A DNA stretch of 64,000 nucleotides. It comes from Chrysomallon squamiferum (lineage: Eukaryota; Animalia; Mollusca). The notes beneath the pieces were generated by a model that saw only the letters and a program-made list of their open reading frames with translations, was not told the origin of the DNA and made no database searches. The position numbers and the translations under genes were made by a program. This document shows, one piece after another, positions 24,401 to 39,400 of the stretch; positions within the stretch are counted from its first letter, which is position 1, and each line of letters starts with the position of its first letter. Location of the stretch: contig CM022668.1 in assembly GCA_012295275.1 (NCBI GenBank), positions 1 through 64,000 on the forward strand, in the 5' to 3' direction.

Positions 24401-27400
24401 AAGCAAGGAAGCAAGTAACTAAGTAAGTCAGAATGCAAGTCAGTACATTTACAATTATGTGAGTAAGAATGTAAGTAAGAACGTAAACTAATGTCCTAAA
24501 TTAGCAAGGAAGCGAGTAAGTTAGTAAATAGTGAGCTAAGTAAGTACATTAACAATTACCTAACTATGAAAGAAAGTAAGTAAATACTAAATAATGATCT
24601 AAATTGGCAAGGAAGCGACCAACTAAGAGAAAATGCAAATTTGTACATTAACAATTATCTAAGGAAGAACTTAATTAAGTACGTAAATAATGACCTAAGT
24701 AAGCAAGGTTCCAAGTTACTAAGTTAGTGAGAATGCAAGTAAGTACATTATCAATTATCTAAGGAAGAAATAAATTCAGTACTTACGTAAAAAATGAGCT
24801 AACTAAGCAAGGAAACAAGTAACTAAGTAAGTGAGAATGTAAGTCATTGCATTAACAATTATGTGAGTAAGAATGTAAGTAAGTACTTAACTAATGACCT
24901 AAGTTAGCAGGGAAGATAATAAGTAAGTAAATAGCAACCTAAGTAAGTACATTAACAATTACCTAACTATGAAAGAAAGTAAGTAAATACTAAATAATGA
25001 TCTAAATTGGCAAGGAAGCGAGCAACTAAGAGAAAATGCAAATTTGTACATTAACAATTATCTAAGTAAGAACTTAATTAAGTACGTAAATAATGACCTA
25101 AGTAAGCAAGGTTGCAAGTTACTAAGTTAGTGAGAATGCAAGTAAGTACATTAACAATTATCTAAGTAAGAAATAAATTAAGTAATTACGTAAATAATGA
25201 CCTAAGTTAGCAAGGAAGAAGAAAGTAACTAAGTAAGTAAATGTAACAAGTCAGTACATTAACAATTATCTAACTAAGAAATAAATTAAAGTAAAAGTAA
25301 TAATGACCTAAATTAGCAAGGAAATGCAAGTTTTAGTAAGTAGAATGCAAGTAATGTAAAGTACATTAACAATTATCTAAGTAATAAATAAATTAAGTAA
25401 TTACGTAAACATAATGACCTAAGTAAGCAAGGAAGCAAGTAACTAAGTAAGTCAGAATGCATGTCAGTACATTTACAATTATGTGAGTAAGAATGTAAGT
25501 AAGAACTTAACTAATGTCCTAAATTAGCAAGGAAGCGAGTAAGTTAGTAAATAGTGAGCTAAGTAAGTACATTAACAATTACCTAAGGAAGAAAGAAATT
25601 AAGTAAATACTAAATAATGATCTAAAAGGGGAAGGAAACAAGTAACTAACTAAGAGAAAATGCAAATTTGTTGCATTAACAATTATGTGAAGTAAGAACT
25701 TAATTAAAGTACTTAAATAATGACCTAAGTTAAGCAAGGGAAGATAATAAGTAAGTAAATAGCAACCTAAGTAAGTACATTAACAATTATCTAATTATCT
25801 AAGAAATAAATTAAAGTAAGTAAGTACGTAAATAATGATCTAATATGGCAAGGAAACAAGTAACTAAGAGAAAATGAATGCAAATTCATTTACATTAACA
25901 ATTATGTAAGTAAGAACGTAATTAAGTAAGTAAAAATAATGACCTAAGTAAGCAAGGAAGATAATAACTAAGTTAGTGAACCTAAGTAAGTACATTAACA
26001 ATTAAATAAGAAAAGAAAGTTAAGTACGTAAATATTATCTAATATGGCAAGGAAAGAAAAGAAAAATTTAGTAAATTACGTAAATAATGATCTAAGAAGA
26101 AGCAAGGAAACAAGTAACCTAAGTAAGTGAGAATGAAATGTCAGTAAATTAACAATTATGTGAGAAGAAAGAATGTAAGTAAGTACGTAAATAATAACCT
26201 AAATGCAATTAAGCAAGTAAGAAAGAGAAATAAAAGTAAGTAAATAAAATAATGATCTAAAATAAGTACAATAACAATTATCTAAATAAGAAATAAATTA
26301 AGTAAGTAAAGTAAATAATGACCTATGTAAGTAAGGATGCAAGTTTCTAAGTAAGTAAGAGAATAAGAAGTAAGTGAGAATAAGATTAAATTACAATTAT
26401 CTAATTAAATAAATAAATTAAGTAATTACGTAAAATAATGACCTAAGTAAGCAAGGAAGCAAGTAACTAAGTAAGTCAGAATGCAAGTCAGTACATTTAC
26501 AATTATGTGAGTAAGAATGTAAGTAAGAAGTTAACTAATGTCCTAAATTAGCAAGGAAGCGAGTAAGTTAGTAAATAGTGAGCTAAGTAAGTACATTAAC
26601 AATTACCTAACTATGAAAGAAAGTAAGTAAATACTAAATAATGATCTAAATTGGGAAGGAAGCGACCAACTAAGAGAAAATGCAAATTTGTACATTAACA
26701 ATTATCTAAGGAAGAACTTAATTAAGTACGTAAATAATGACCTAAGTAAGCAAGGTTGCAAGTTACTAAGTTAGTGAGAATGCAAGTAAGTACATTAACA
26801 ATTATCTAAGGAAGAAATAAATTCAGTACTTACGTAAAAAATGAGCTAACTAAGCAAGCAAGGAAACAAGTAACTAAGTAAGTGAGAATGTAAGTCATTG
26901 CATTAACAATTATGTGAGTAAGAATGTAAGTAAGTACTTAACTAATGACCTAAGTTAGCAGGGAAGATAATAAGTAAGTAAATAGCAACCTAAGTAAGTA
27001 CATTAACAATTACCTAATAATCAAAGAAAGTAAGTAAGTAAGTACGTAAATAATGATCTAATATGGCAAGGAAGCGAGCAACTAAGAGAAAATGCAAATT
27101 TGTACATTAACAATTATCTAAGTAAGAACGTAATTAAGTACGTAAATAATAACCTAAGTAAGCAAGGATGCAAGTTACTAAGTTAGTGAGAATGCAAGTA
27201 AGTACAAGTACAATTATCTAAGTAAGAAATAAATTTAGTAATTTAAATAAAAAATAATGAGCTAAGAATGCAAGGAAACAAGTAACTAAGTAAGTGAGAA
27301 TGCAAGTAAAATTAACAATTAATTAACAATTATGTAGAATGTAAGTAAGTAAGTAAATAATGACCTAAGTTAGCAAGAATAAGTAAGTAAATAGTAACCT

Positions 27401-30400
27401 AAGTAAGTAAATTAACAATTATCTAACTAAGAAATAAATTAAAGTAAAGTAAATAATGACCTATGTAAGTAAGGAATGCAAGTTTCTAAGTAAGTGAGAA
27501 TGCAAGTAAGTACATTAACAATTATCTAAGTAATAAATAAATTAAGTAATTACGTAAATAATGACCCTAAGTAAGAAGGAAGCAAAGTAACTAAGTAAGT
27601 CAGAAAAGTAAATAACAATTATGTGAGTAAGAATAAAGTAAAACTTAACTAATGTCCTAAATTAATGAAGTCAAGAAGAAGTAAGTAAAATAAAGAAAAT
27701 TAACAATTACCTAACTAAGAAAGAAAGTAAGTAAATAACTAAATAATGATCTAAATGAAGGAAGGAAAATAAGAGAGAAAAATGCAAATTTGTAATTAAC
27801 AATTATCTAAGAAGAAATAAAATAATTAAGTAAGTAAATAAATAATGACCTAAGTAAGCAAGGATGCAAGTTTCTAAAGTTAGTGAGAAAAGCAAGTAAC
27901 AATTTAACAATTATCTTATCTAGTAATAAATAAATTAAGTAATTACGTAAATAATGACCTAAGTAAGCAAGGAAACAAGTAACTAAGTAAGTCAGAATGC
28001 AAGTCAGTACATTTAACAATTATTAGTAAGAATTATGTGAGTAAGAATGACCTAAGTAAGAAGAAGTAAGTAAGTAAATAATTAACTAATGTCCTAAATT
28101 AGCAAAGGAAGCGAAAGAAGTAAGTAAAAATAAATAATGAGCTAAGTAAGTAAGTAAGTAAGTAAGTAAATTAGTAACAAATTACCTAACAAAAAAGAAA
28201 ATAAGTAAATAAAATAATGATCTAAATTGGCAAGGAAGCGACCAACTAAGAGAAAATGCAAATTTGTACATTAACAATTATCTAAGGAAGAAAATTAATT
28301 AAATTAAATAATAAATAATGACCTAAGTAAGCAAGGATGCAAGTTACTAAGTTAGTGAGAATGCAAGTAAAGTAAGTACATTAACAATTATCTAAGGAAG
28401 AAATAAATTCAGTAATTAAGGAAGTAAATTCAATGAGCTAAAATAATGAGCAAACTAAGAGGAAACAAGTAACTAAGTAAGTGAGAATGTAAGTCATTGC
28501 ATTAACAATTATGTGAGTAAGAATGTAAGTAAGTAAGTTAACTAATGACCTAAGTTAGCAGGAAGAGAAAATAAGTAAAATAGCAAATAAGTAACCTAAG
28601 TAAGTAAGAAATTAACAATTAACTAATAATAAAAGAAAGTAAGTAAAAATAAAAATAAATAATGATAAGTAATAATATAATGGCTAAGGAAGGAAGGAAG
28701 AAGAACTAAGAGAAAATGCAAATTTGTACATTAACAATTATCCTAAGAACGTAATTAAATACGTAAATAAATAACCTAAGTAAGCAAGGATGCAAGTTAC
28801 TAAGTTAGTGAGAATGCAAGTAAGTACATTAACAATTATCTAAGTAAAGAAATAAATTTAAATACTTACGTAAAAAATGAATAAGAATGCAAGGAAACAA
28901 AACAAGTAACTAAGTAAGTGAGAATGCAAGTCAGTAAATTAACAATTATGTGAGTAAGAATGTAAGTAAGTACTTAAATATTGACCTAAGTTAGCAAGGA
29001 AGAGAATAAGTAAGTAAATAGTAACCTAAGTAAGTACATTAACAATTATCTAACTAAAAAAAAAATAAGTAAGTAAATAAATAATGACCTATGCAAGGAA
29101 GCAAGGAAGTAAGAAGAAAATGCAAATTTGTTTTAACAATTAAGTAAGTAAGAAATAAATGCAAGAATTAAATAAATAATAACCTAAATAAGCAAGGAAA
29201 ACAAAAGTAAGTAATGCAAGTAATAAATTAACAATTATCTAAGTAAGAAATAAATTAAGTAATTAACGTAAATAATGACCTAAGAATGCAAGGAAGCAAG
29301 TAACTAAGTAAGTAAATGCAAGTCAGTACATTTAAATTATGTAAGTAAGAATAAAAATAATGAAGTTAAGGAAGAAATAAGTAAGTAATGTCCTAAATTA
29401 GCAAGAAATTAATAAATTAATTAAGTAAGTAAATAATGAAAAGTAATGAAGTAATAATAAAAAATGTAGCTAAAAGTAAAAATAAATAGTAAGCTAAGTA
29501 GTAATTACAAAATAAATTAATTACCAATTAAAAAAAGTAAAATAACTAAAAAGAAAGTAAGTAAATACTAAAATAATGATCTAAATTGGGAAGGAAGCGA
29601 CCAAAATTAAGAGAAAAAATAGCAAATTTGTAAGATTAACAATTATCTAAGGAAGAACTTAATTAAAAAATAATGATCTAAATTGGGAAGGAAAGTAAAA
29701 GAAAAAAATGCAAATTAATTAACAATTATCTAAGGAAGAACTTAATTAAGTAAGTAAATAATGACCTAAGTAAGGTTAAGTTAAATGAGAATGCAAGTAA
29801 TTAACAATTATCTAAGGAAGAAATAAATTCAGTACTTACGTAAATAATGAGCTAACTAAGCAAGGAAACAAGTAACTAAGTAAGTGAGAATGTAAGTCAT
29901 TGCATTAACAATTATGTGAGTAAGAATGTAAGTAAGTACTTAACTAATGACCTAAGTTAGCAGGGAAGATAATAAGTAAGTAAATAGCAACCTAAGTAAG
30001 TACATTAACAATTACCTAATAATCAAAGAAAGTAAGTAAGTACGTAAATAATGATCTAATATGGCAAGGAAGCGAGCAACTAAGAGAAAATGCAAATTCG
30101 TACATTAACAATTACCTAAGTAAGAACGTAATTAAGTACGTAAATAATCACCTAAGTAAGCAAGGATGCTACTTACTAAGTTAGTGAGAATGCAAGTAAG
30201 TACGTTAACAATTATCTAAGTAAGAAATAAATTTAGTACTTACGTAAATAATGAGCTAAGAATGCAAGGAAACAAGTATCTAAGTAAGTGAGAATGCAAG
30301 TCAGTAAATTAACAATTATGTGAGTAAGAATGTAAGTAAGTACTTAAATATTGACCTAAGTTAGCAAGGAAGAGAATAAGTAAGTAAATAGTAACCTAAG

Positions 30401-33400
30401 TAAGTACATTAACAATTATCTAACTAAGAAATAAATTAAGTAAGTAAGTAAATAATGACCTATGTAAGCAAGGATGACCTATGTTTTTCTAAGTAAGTGA
30501 GAATGAGAATGCAAGTAAGTACATTAACAATTATCTAAGTAATAAATAAATTAAGTAATTACGTAAATAATGACCTAAGTAAGCAAGGAAGCAAGTAACT
30601 AAGTAAGTCAGAATGCATGTCAGTACATTTACAATTATGTGAGTAAGAATGTAAGTAAGAACTTAACTAATGTCCTAAATTAGCAAGGAAGCGAGTAAGT
30701 TAGTAAATAGTGAGCTAAGTAAGTACATTAACAATTACCTAACTATGAAAGAAAGTAAGTAAATACTAAATAATGATCTAAATTGGGAAGGAAGCGACCA
30801 ACTAAGAGAAAATGCAAATTTGTACATTAACAATTATCTAAGGAAGAACTTAATTAAGTACGTAAATAATGACCTAAGTAAGCAAGGTTGCAAGTTACTA
30901 AGTTAGTGAGAATGCAAGTAAGTACATTAACAATTATCTAAGGAAGAAATAAATTCNNNNNNNNNNNNNNNNNNNNNNNNNNNNNNNNNNNNNNNNNNNN
31001 NNNNNNNNNNNNNNNNNNNNNNNNNNNNNNNNNNNNNNNNNNNNNNNNNNNNNNNNNNNNNNNNNNNNNNNNNNNNNNNNNNNNNNNNNNNNNNNNNNNN
31101 NNNNNNNNNNNNNNNNNNNNNNNNNNNNNNNNNNNNNNNNNNNNNNNNNNNNNNNNGAATGTAAGTCATTGCATTAACAATTATGTGAGTAAGAATGTAA
31201 GTAAGTACTTAACTAATGACCTAAGTTAGCAGGGAAGATAATAAGTAAGTAAATAGCAACCTAAGTAAGTACATTAACAATTACCTAACTAAAAGAAAGT
31301 AAGTAAGTACGTAAATAATGATCTAATATGGCAAGGAAGCGAAAAAGAAAATGCAAAGTACATTAACAATTACCTAAGTAAGTAATTAATGATCTAATAT
31401 GGCAAGGAAAGTAAGCAAGGATGCAAGTTAAAGTGAGAAAATGTTAACAATTAAATAAGAAATAAATTTAGTAACAATTACCTAAGAATGCAAGGAAACA
31501 AGTAATAAGTAAGTACGTAAAAAATAACAATTAAGTAAGTAAAGATTAAATATTACCTAAGTTAGTGAGAATGCAAAGTTCTAAAAAGTAAGTACAATTA
31601 ACAATTATCTAAATAAATAAAATAAATTAATAACGTAAATAATGACCTAATAATACTAAATAATGATCTAAATTGGGAAGGAAGCGACCAACTAAGAGAA
31701 AATGCAAATTTGTACATTAACAATTATCTAAGGAAGAACTTAATTAAGTACGTAAATAATGACCTAAGTAAGCAAGGTTGCAAGTTACTAAGTTAGTGAG
31801 AATGCAAGTAAGTACATTAACAATTATCTAAGGAAGAAATAAATTCAGTACTTACGTAAATAATGAGCTAACTAAGCAAGGAAACAAGTAACTAAGTAAG
31901 TGAGAATGTAAGTCATTGCATTAACAATTATGTGAGTAAGAATGTAAGTAAGTACTTAACTAATGACCTAAGTTAGCAGGGAAGATAATAAGTAAGTAAA
32001 TAGCAACCTAAGTAAGTACATTAACAATTACCTAATAATCAAAGAAAGTAAGTAAGTACGTAAATAATGATCTAATATGGCAAGGAAGCGAGCAACTAAG
32101 AGAAAATGCAAATTCGTACATTAACAATTACCTAAGTAAGAACTATCTAAGTAAGAACGTAATTAAGTACGTAAATAATAACCTAAGTAAGCAAGGATGC
32201 AAGTTACTAAGTTAGTGAGAATGCAAGTAAGTATGTTAACAATTATCTAAGTAAGAAATAAATTTAGTACTTACGTAAATAATGAGCTAAGAATGCAAGG
32301 AAACAAGGAAACAAGTAAGTAAGTAAAGTAGAATAAGAATTAACAAGTAAAATAGTAATAAGAATGTAAGTAAGTAGTTAAATATTATTACCTAAGTACT
32401 TAAATATTGACCTAAGTTAGCAAAGAAAGAATAAATAAATAAGTAAATAGTAACTAAAAGTACATTAACATTATCTAACTAAAAATAAATTAAAGTAAAA
32501 TAATGACCTATGTAAGCAAAGCAAGCAACTTTCTAAAGAAAATGACCTAAGTACATTAACAAATCTAAGTAAGAATAATTAAAGTAAATTAACCTAAATA
32601 AATAAATTAAATAAAAGTAAAAAAGTAAGTACATTAACAATTATCTAAGTAAGAAATAAATTATAATTACGTAAATAATAACCTAAGTAAGCAAGTAATG
32701 CAAGTAAGTAAGTAAGTCAGTACATTTACAAATGTAAGTAAGTACATTAACAAGTATGTCCTAAAGAATTAAAGTAAAGTTAAAAATAATTAAGTAATAA
32801 AAAGTAAGTAAGTAATAAAAGTAAAAGTAACTAAGTAAGTAAGTAAATTAACAAACTAATGAATAAAAAGAAAGTAAGTAAATAAATAAATAATGATCTA
32901 AATTGGGAAGAAGAAGTACAACTAAGAGAAAATGCAAATTTGTACATTAACAATTATCTAAGGAAGAACTTAATTAAGTACGTAAATAATGACCTAAGTA
33001 AAAAGCAAAGGTTGCAACTAAGTTAGTAAGAGAATGAGTAAATGCAAGTAACAATTACATTAACAATTATCTAAATAAAGAAATAAATTAAAGTACTTAC
33101 GTAAATAATAAGCTAACTAAGCAAGGAAACTAAGTAAGTAACTAACAAATCTAAGTAAGAATGTAAGTCAAGTACATTAACAATTATGTAAGTAAGAAGT
33201 AAAGTAAAGTAAAATGTAATTAATAAGTAAATAAGTAACTAAAGTAATAAGTAAGTAAGTAAATAATAACTAAGTAATTAATTAATTAATAATAACTAAT
33301 AAGAAAGTAAGTAAGTAAATACTAAAATAAACCTAATACAAAAAAATAATAAGTAAAAAAAAAGTAAGTACATTAACAATTACCTAAATCAAAGAAAGTA

Positions 33401-36400
33401 AGTAAGTACGTAAATAATGATCTAATGGCAAGGAAATAAGCAAAGAAGGAGCAAAAAACTAACTAAGAAAATGCAAATTTTGTACATTAACAATTACCTA
33501 AGTAAGAACGTAATTAAGTACGTAAATAATAACCTAAAGTTAGCAAGGATGCAAGTTACTAAGGATGCAAGAATGCAAGTAAGTAAGTAAGTAAGTAACA
33601 ATTAACAATTATCTAACAAAGTAAGTAAATTTAGTAATTTACAATTATCTAAAAAAAAATAAATTAAGTAAGTAAGAAATAAATAATGAGCTAAGAATGC
33701 AGAAATGTAACAAGTAAGTAAGTAAGTAAGAATGCAAGTAAGTAAGTAAATTAACAATTATGTAATAAGTAATAAAAAGTAAGTAATTAAATAAATACCT
33801 AGTAACCTAAAATAAGGAAATTAATAATTAAATAAATAATTAAATAAATTAATAAATTAATTATAATTAAATCTAAAAGAAATAAATTAAGTAAGTAAGT
33901 AAATAATGACCTATGTAAGCAAGGATGCAAGTTTCTAAGTAAGTGAGAATGCAAGTAAGTACATTAACAATTATCTAAGTAATAAATAAATTAAGTAATT
34001 ACGTAAACAATGACCTAAGTAAGCAAGGAAGCAAGTAACTAAGTAAGTCAGAATGCATGTCAGTACATTTACAATTATGTGAGTAAGAATGTAAGTAAGA
34101 ACTTAACTAATGTCCTAAATTAAAGCAAGAAAGCGAATAAGTTAGTAAATAGTAAAGTAAATAGTGAGTAGCTAAGTAAGTACATTAACAATTACCTAAC
34201 TATGAAAGAAAGTAAGTAAATACTAAATAATGATCTAAATTGGCAAGGAAGCGACCAACTAAGAGAAAATGCAAATTTGTACATTAACAATTATCTAAGG
34301 AAGAACTTAATTAAGTACGTAAATAATGACCTAAGTAAGCAAGGTTGCAAGTTACTAAGTTAGTGAGAATGCAAGTAAGTACATTAACAATTATCTAAGG
34401 AAGAAATAAATTCAGTACTTACGTAAAAAATGAGCTAACTAAGCAAGGAAACAAGTAACTAAGTAAGTGAGAATGTAAGTCATTGCATTAACAATTATGT
34501 GAGTAAGAATGTAAGTAAGTACTTAACTAATGACCTAAGTTAGCAGGGAAGATAATAAGTAAGTAAATAGCAACCTAAGTAAGTACATTAACAATTACCT
34601 AATAATCAAAAGTAAAGTAAGTAAGTACGTAAAAGAAAGTAAGTAAAATAATAAATAATGATCTAATAAGAAAAAGGAAACTAAGCAAAAAGAAAAAATG
34701 CAAATTCATTAATTAACAATTAACTAATTACCTAAGTAAGAACGTAATTAAGTACGTAAATAATAACCTAAGTAAGCAAGGATGCCAAGTTACTAAGTTA
34801 GTGAGAATGCAAGTAAGTACGTTAACAATTATCTAAGTAAGAAATAAATTTAGTACTTACGTAAATAATGAGCTAAGAATGCAAGGAAACAAGTATCTAA
34901 GTAAGTGAGAATGCAAGTCAGTAAATTAACAATTATGTGAGTAAGAATGTAAGTAAGTACTTAAATATTGACCTAAGTTAGAAAGGAAGAGAATAAGTAA
35001 GTAAATAGTAACCTAAGTAAGTACATTAACAATTATCTAACTAAGAAATAAATTAAGTAAGTAAGTAAATAATGACCTATGTAAGCAAGGATGCAAGTTT
35101 CTAAGTAAGTGAGAATGCAAGAAAGTACATTAACAATTATCTAAAGTAAATAAATTAATAAATAAAACTAAAAGTAATTAACAAATCTAAGTAAATAAAA
35201 TAAAATAAATTAAGTAAAAAAAATAATGTAACAAAAGTAAGTAAGTAAGCAAGTAAAGTAAGTAAATCAAATGAATGTAACATTAACAAATTATTAACTA
35301 AGTAAGAATGTAAGTAAGTAAGTTAACTAATGTCCTAAATTAAAGTAACTAAAAGTAAGTTAATTAACAATTAAACCTAAACTAAGTAAACTAATTAAAA
35401 CTAAATAATAACTATGAAAGAAAGTAAGTAAATACTAAATAATGATCTAAATTGGGAAGGAAGCGACCAACTAAGAGAAAATGCAAATTTGTACATTAAC
35501 AATTATCTAAGGAAGAACTTAATTAAGTACGTAAATAATGACCTAAGTAAGCAAGGTTGCAAGTTACTAAGTTAGTGAGAATGCAAGTAAGTACATTAAC
35601 AATTATCTAAGGAAGAAATAAATTAAGAAATAAATTAAGTACTTAAATAAAAAATAAGCTAACTAAAAAAGAAACTAGTAAACTAAGAAAAGTAATGTCA
35701 GTGCATTAACAAGTCATTAAGAATTAAGTAATTATGTGAGTAAAAGAATGTAAGTAAACTAATAACCTAATGACCTAATAATAAGTAAGTAAAATAATAA
35801 GTAAGTAAGTACATTAGCAAACCTAATTAAAGTAATTAACAATTAATAAATAAGTAAATAAAAAAAATAAATAAGTAAATAATAAAAAATGATCAAATGG
35901 CAAGGAAGCGAGCAACTAAGAGAAAATGCAAATTCGTACATTAACAATTACCTAAGTAAGAACGTAATTAAGTACGTAAATAATCACCTAAGTAAGCAAG
36001 GATGCTACTTACTAAGTTAGTGAGAATGCAAGTAAGTACGTTAACAATTATCTAAGTAAGAAATAAATTTAGTACTTACGTAAATAATGAGCTAAGAATG
36101 CAAGGAAACAAGTATCTAAGTAAGTGAGAATGGAAGTCAGTAAATTAACAATTATGTGAGTAAGAATGTAAGTAAGTACTTAAATATTGACCTAAGTTAG
36201 CAATAAAGAGAATAAGTAAGTAAGAGTAAAGTAAATAATTAGTAATTATCTAAAATAATAACTAAGTAAAGTACATTAATAATTAATAAAATAAAAAATA
36301 AAGTAAGTAAGTAAGTAAAATAATGACCTAAATAAGCAAGGATGCAAGTTTCAAGTAAGAAAGAACAAAAGTAAATTACAATAATAAAAAATAAAAATAA

Positions 36401-39400
36401 ATAAATTAAGTAAATAAGTAAAAAGCAAGTAACTAAGTAAGTAAGAAAGCAAGTAAAGCAAGTAACTAAGTAAGTGTCAGAATGCAAGTCAGTACATTTA
36501 CAATTATGTGAGTAAGAATGTAAGTAAGAACTTAACTAATGTCCTAAATTAGCAAGGAAGCGAGTAAGTTAGTAAATAGTGAGCTAAGTAAGTACATTAA
36601 CAATTACCTAACTATGAAAGAAAGTAAGTAAATACTAAATAATGATCTAAATTGGGAAGGAAGCGACCAAGTAAGAGAAAATGCAAATTTGTACATTAAC
36701 AATTATCTAAGTAAGAACTTAATTAAGGAAAATAATGACCTAATTAAGTAGTAAATACCTAAACCTAAGCAAAACTAAGTTAAGAGAATGCAAAAGTTAA
36801 GTTAATTAATCTAAAAGAAGAATTAAATTAAAATAAATTAACAATTATCTAATAAAGAAATAAATTCAGTAACTTAGTAAAAAAAATAAACTAAACTAAG
36901 TAAAAAGTAAGTAAGTAAGTAAGTCATTGCAGAATGAATGTAAGTCATTAATTAACAATTATGTGTAAGAAAGAAAGTAAGTAAGTAAACTTAAATAATG
37001 ACCTAAGAAGAAAGGAAGTAATAATAAATAACAACCTAAAAACAATAACAAACCTAAGTAAATACATTATTAAATTACCTAAATAAGAAAAAAAGTAAAA
37101 AAAATAAATAATAAATAATAATAAAAAAGCAAGGAAGAAAGAACAACTAAAAAAAAATTTGTACATTAACAATTACCTAAGTAAGAACGTAATTAAATAC
37201 GTAAATAATAACCTAAGTAAAAAATAATAAGTAACCTAGTTAAACTAAGTTAGAAGTAAGTAAGTAAGTTATGAGAATTAACAATTACAATTATCTAACA
37301 AAGTAAGAAATAAATTTATTAACTTACGTAAAAATAATGAGCTAAGAAAGCAAAAGGAAACAAGTATCTAAAGAAAGAAGTAAAGTAAAGTAAATTAACA
37401 ATAAATAAGAAATGTAAGAATGTAAGTAATAATTACCTAAATATTGACCTAAGTTAGCAAGGAAAATTAATAAGTAAAAAAAAAAAATTAAGTAATTAAC
37501 AATTATCTAAATAAAATAAATTAAGTAAGTAATTAAATAATAAATTAATAAATAAATAAGTAAAAGTAAAAAATAAGTAAGTAAGTAAAAAATTATCTAA
37601 GAAATAAATTAATTAAAAAATTAACAATTATCTAAGTAATAAATAAATAAGAATAATAAGTAAAATTAATTAACAATTATCTAAATAAAATGTAAGTAAG
37701 CAAAAATAAGTAAGTAAGAATAAGTCAGAATGCAATGTCAGTACACATTTACAAATTATGTGGTAAGAATGTAAGTAAGAAGTAAGTACTTAAATGTCCT
37801 AAATTCCTAAAATCCTAAATTAAAAGTGAAGTAAATAAGTAAGTAATTAACCTAACTATGAAAAGTAAAGTAAATTAAATAATTACCTAAGAAATATGAA
37901 AAAAAAAATAAATAAAATCTAAATAATGAAGGAAAAAAAAGAAAATAACCAACTAATAAAAGAAAATGCAAATTTGTTATTAACAATTATCTAAGGAAGA
38001 ACTTAATTAAGTACGTAAATAATGACCTAAGTAAGCAAGGTTGCAAGTTACTAAGTTAGTGAGAATGCAAGTAAGTACATTAACAATTACCTAAGGAAGA
38101 AATAAATTCAGTACTTACGTAAAAAATGAGCTAACTAAGCAAGGAAACAAGTAACTAAGTAAGTGAGAATGTAAGTCATTGCATTAACAATTATGTGAGT
38201 AAGAATGTAAGTAAGTACTTAACTAATGACCTAAGTTAGCAGGGAAGATAATAAGTAAGTAAATAGCAACCTAAGTAAGTACATTAACAATTACCTAATA
38301 ATCAAAGAAAGTAAGTAAGTACGTAAATAATGATCTAAAAAATAATAAGTAAATAAATAATAATCTAAAAGGAAAAAACGAGCAACTAAAGAAAATGCAA
38401 ATTAAGTAATTAACAATTACCTAAGTAAAATTAAGTAATTAATTAAGTAAGTAAATAATAACCTAAGATAAGCAAGACAAAGTTACTAAGTGTTAGTAAA
38501 AAAGAATTAAGTAATATAATTAAATTAAGAAAAAAAAATTAAATTACTTTACGTAAAATAATGAGCTAAGAATGCAAGGAAACAAGTAAAGTAAGTAAGT
38601 GCAAGAATGCAAGTAAGTAAATTAACAATTATGTGAGTAAGAATGTAAGTAAGTACTTAAATATTGACCTAAGTTAAAAGTAAAAGTAAATAAGTAAGTA
38701 AATAAGTAACTAATTATTAGTAATTAACAATTAACTAAAAAAAATAAAGTAAAATAATAACTAAATAATGATCTAAAATATGGGAAGGCAAGAGCAAGTA
38801 AAAAGAAAAAAAATTTGTACATTAACAATTATCTAAGTAATAGTAATAATAAAATAAAATAAATTAAATAATACGTAAAAAAAATAACCTAAGTAAGTAA
38901 GAAGTTACTAAGTAAGTAAAAAGTAAGTCAGAAATTAAAGTAAGTAATTAATTAATAAGTAAAAGTAAAAAAATAAACTAAATAAGCAAGTAAATAGTTA
39001 AAATAATGAGCTAAAGTAAAAGTAAAAGGAAGTAAGTAAGTAAAGTAAGTGATCTAATGTAAGTAAGTAATTAACAATTATGTAAGTAAATAAAGTAAAG
39101 TAAGTAGTAACTTAAATAATGACCTAAATAAGTAAAAAATAAATAAAATAAGTAAGTAAAATTAACTAAATAAGTTATTAACAATTACCTAAAAAGAAAT
39201 TAAGTAATAATACGTAAATAATGACCTCTAAAAAAGGTTAAGTTAATTAACTAAAAAAAGCAAAAAAAATTAAGTAAAAGCAAAAATTAAAATAACAATT
39301 AACTAAAAAGAAATAAATTAAAAGTAAATTAAATACCTAAGTAAGTAAAAAAAGCAAAATAAGCAACTAGTAGAATGTAAGAATAGTAAGTTGCATTAAC

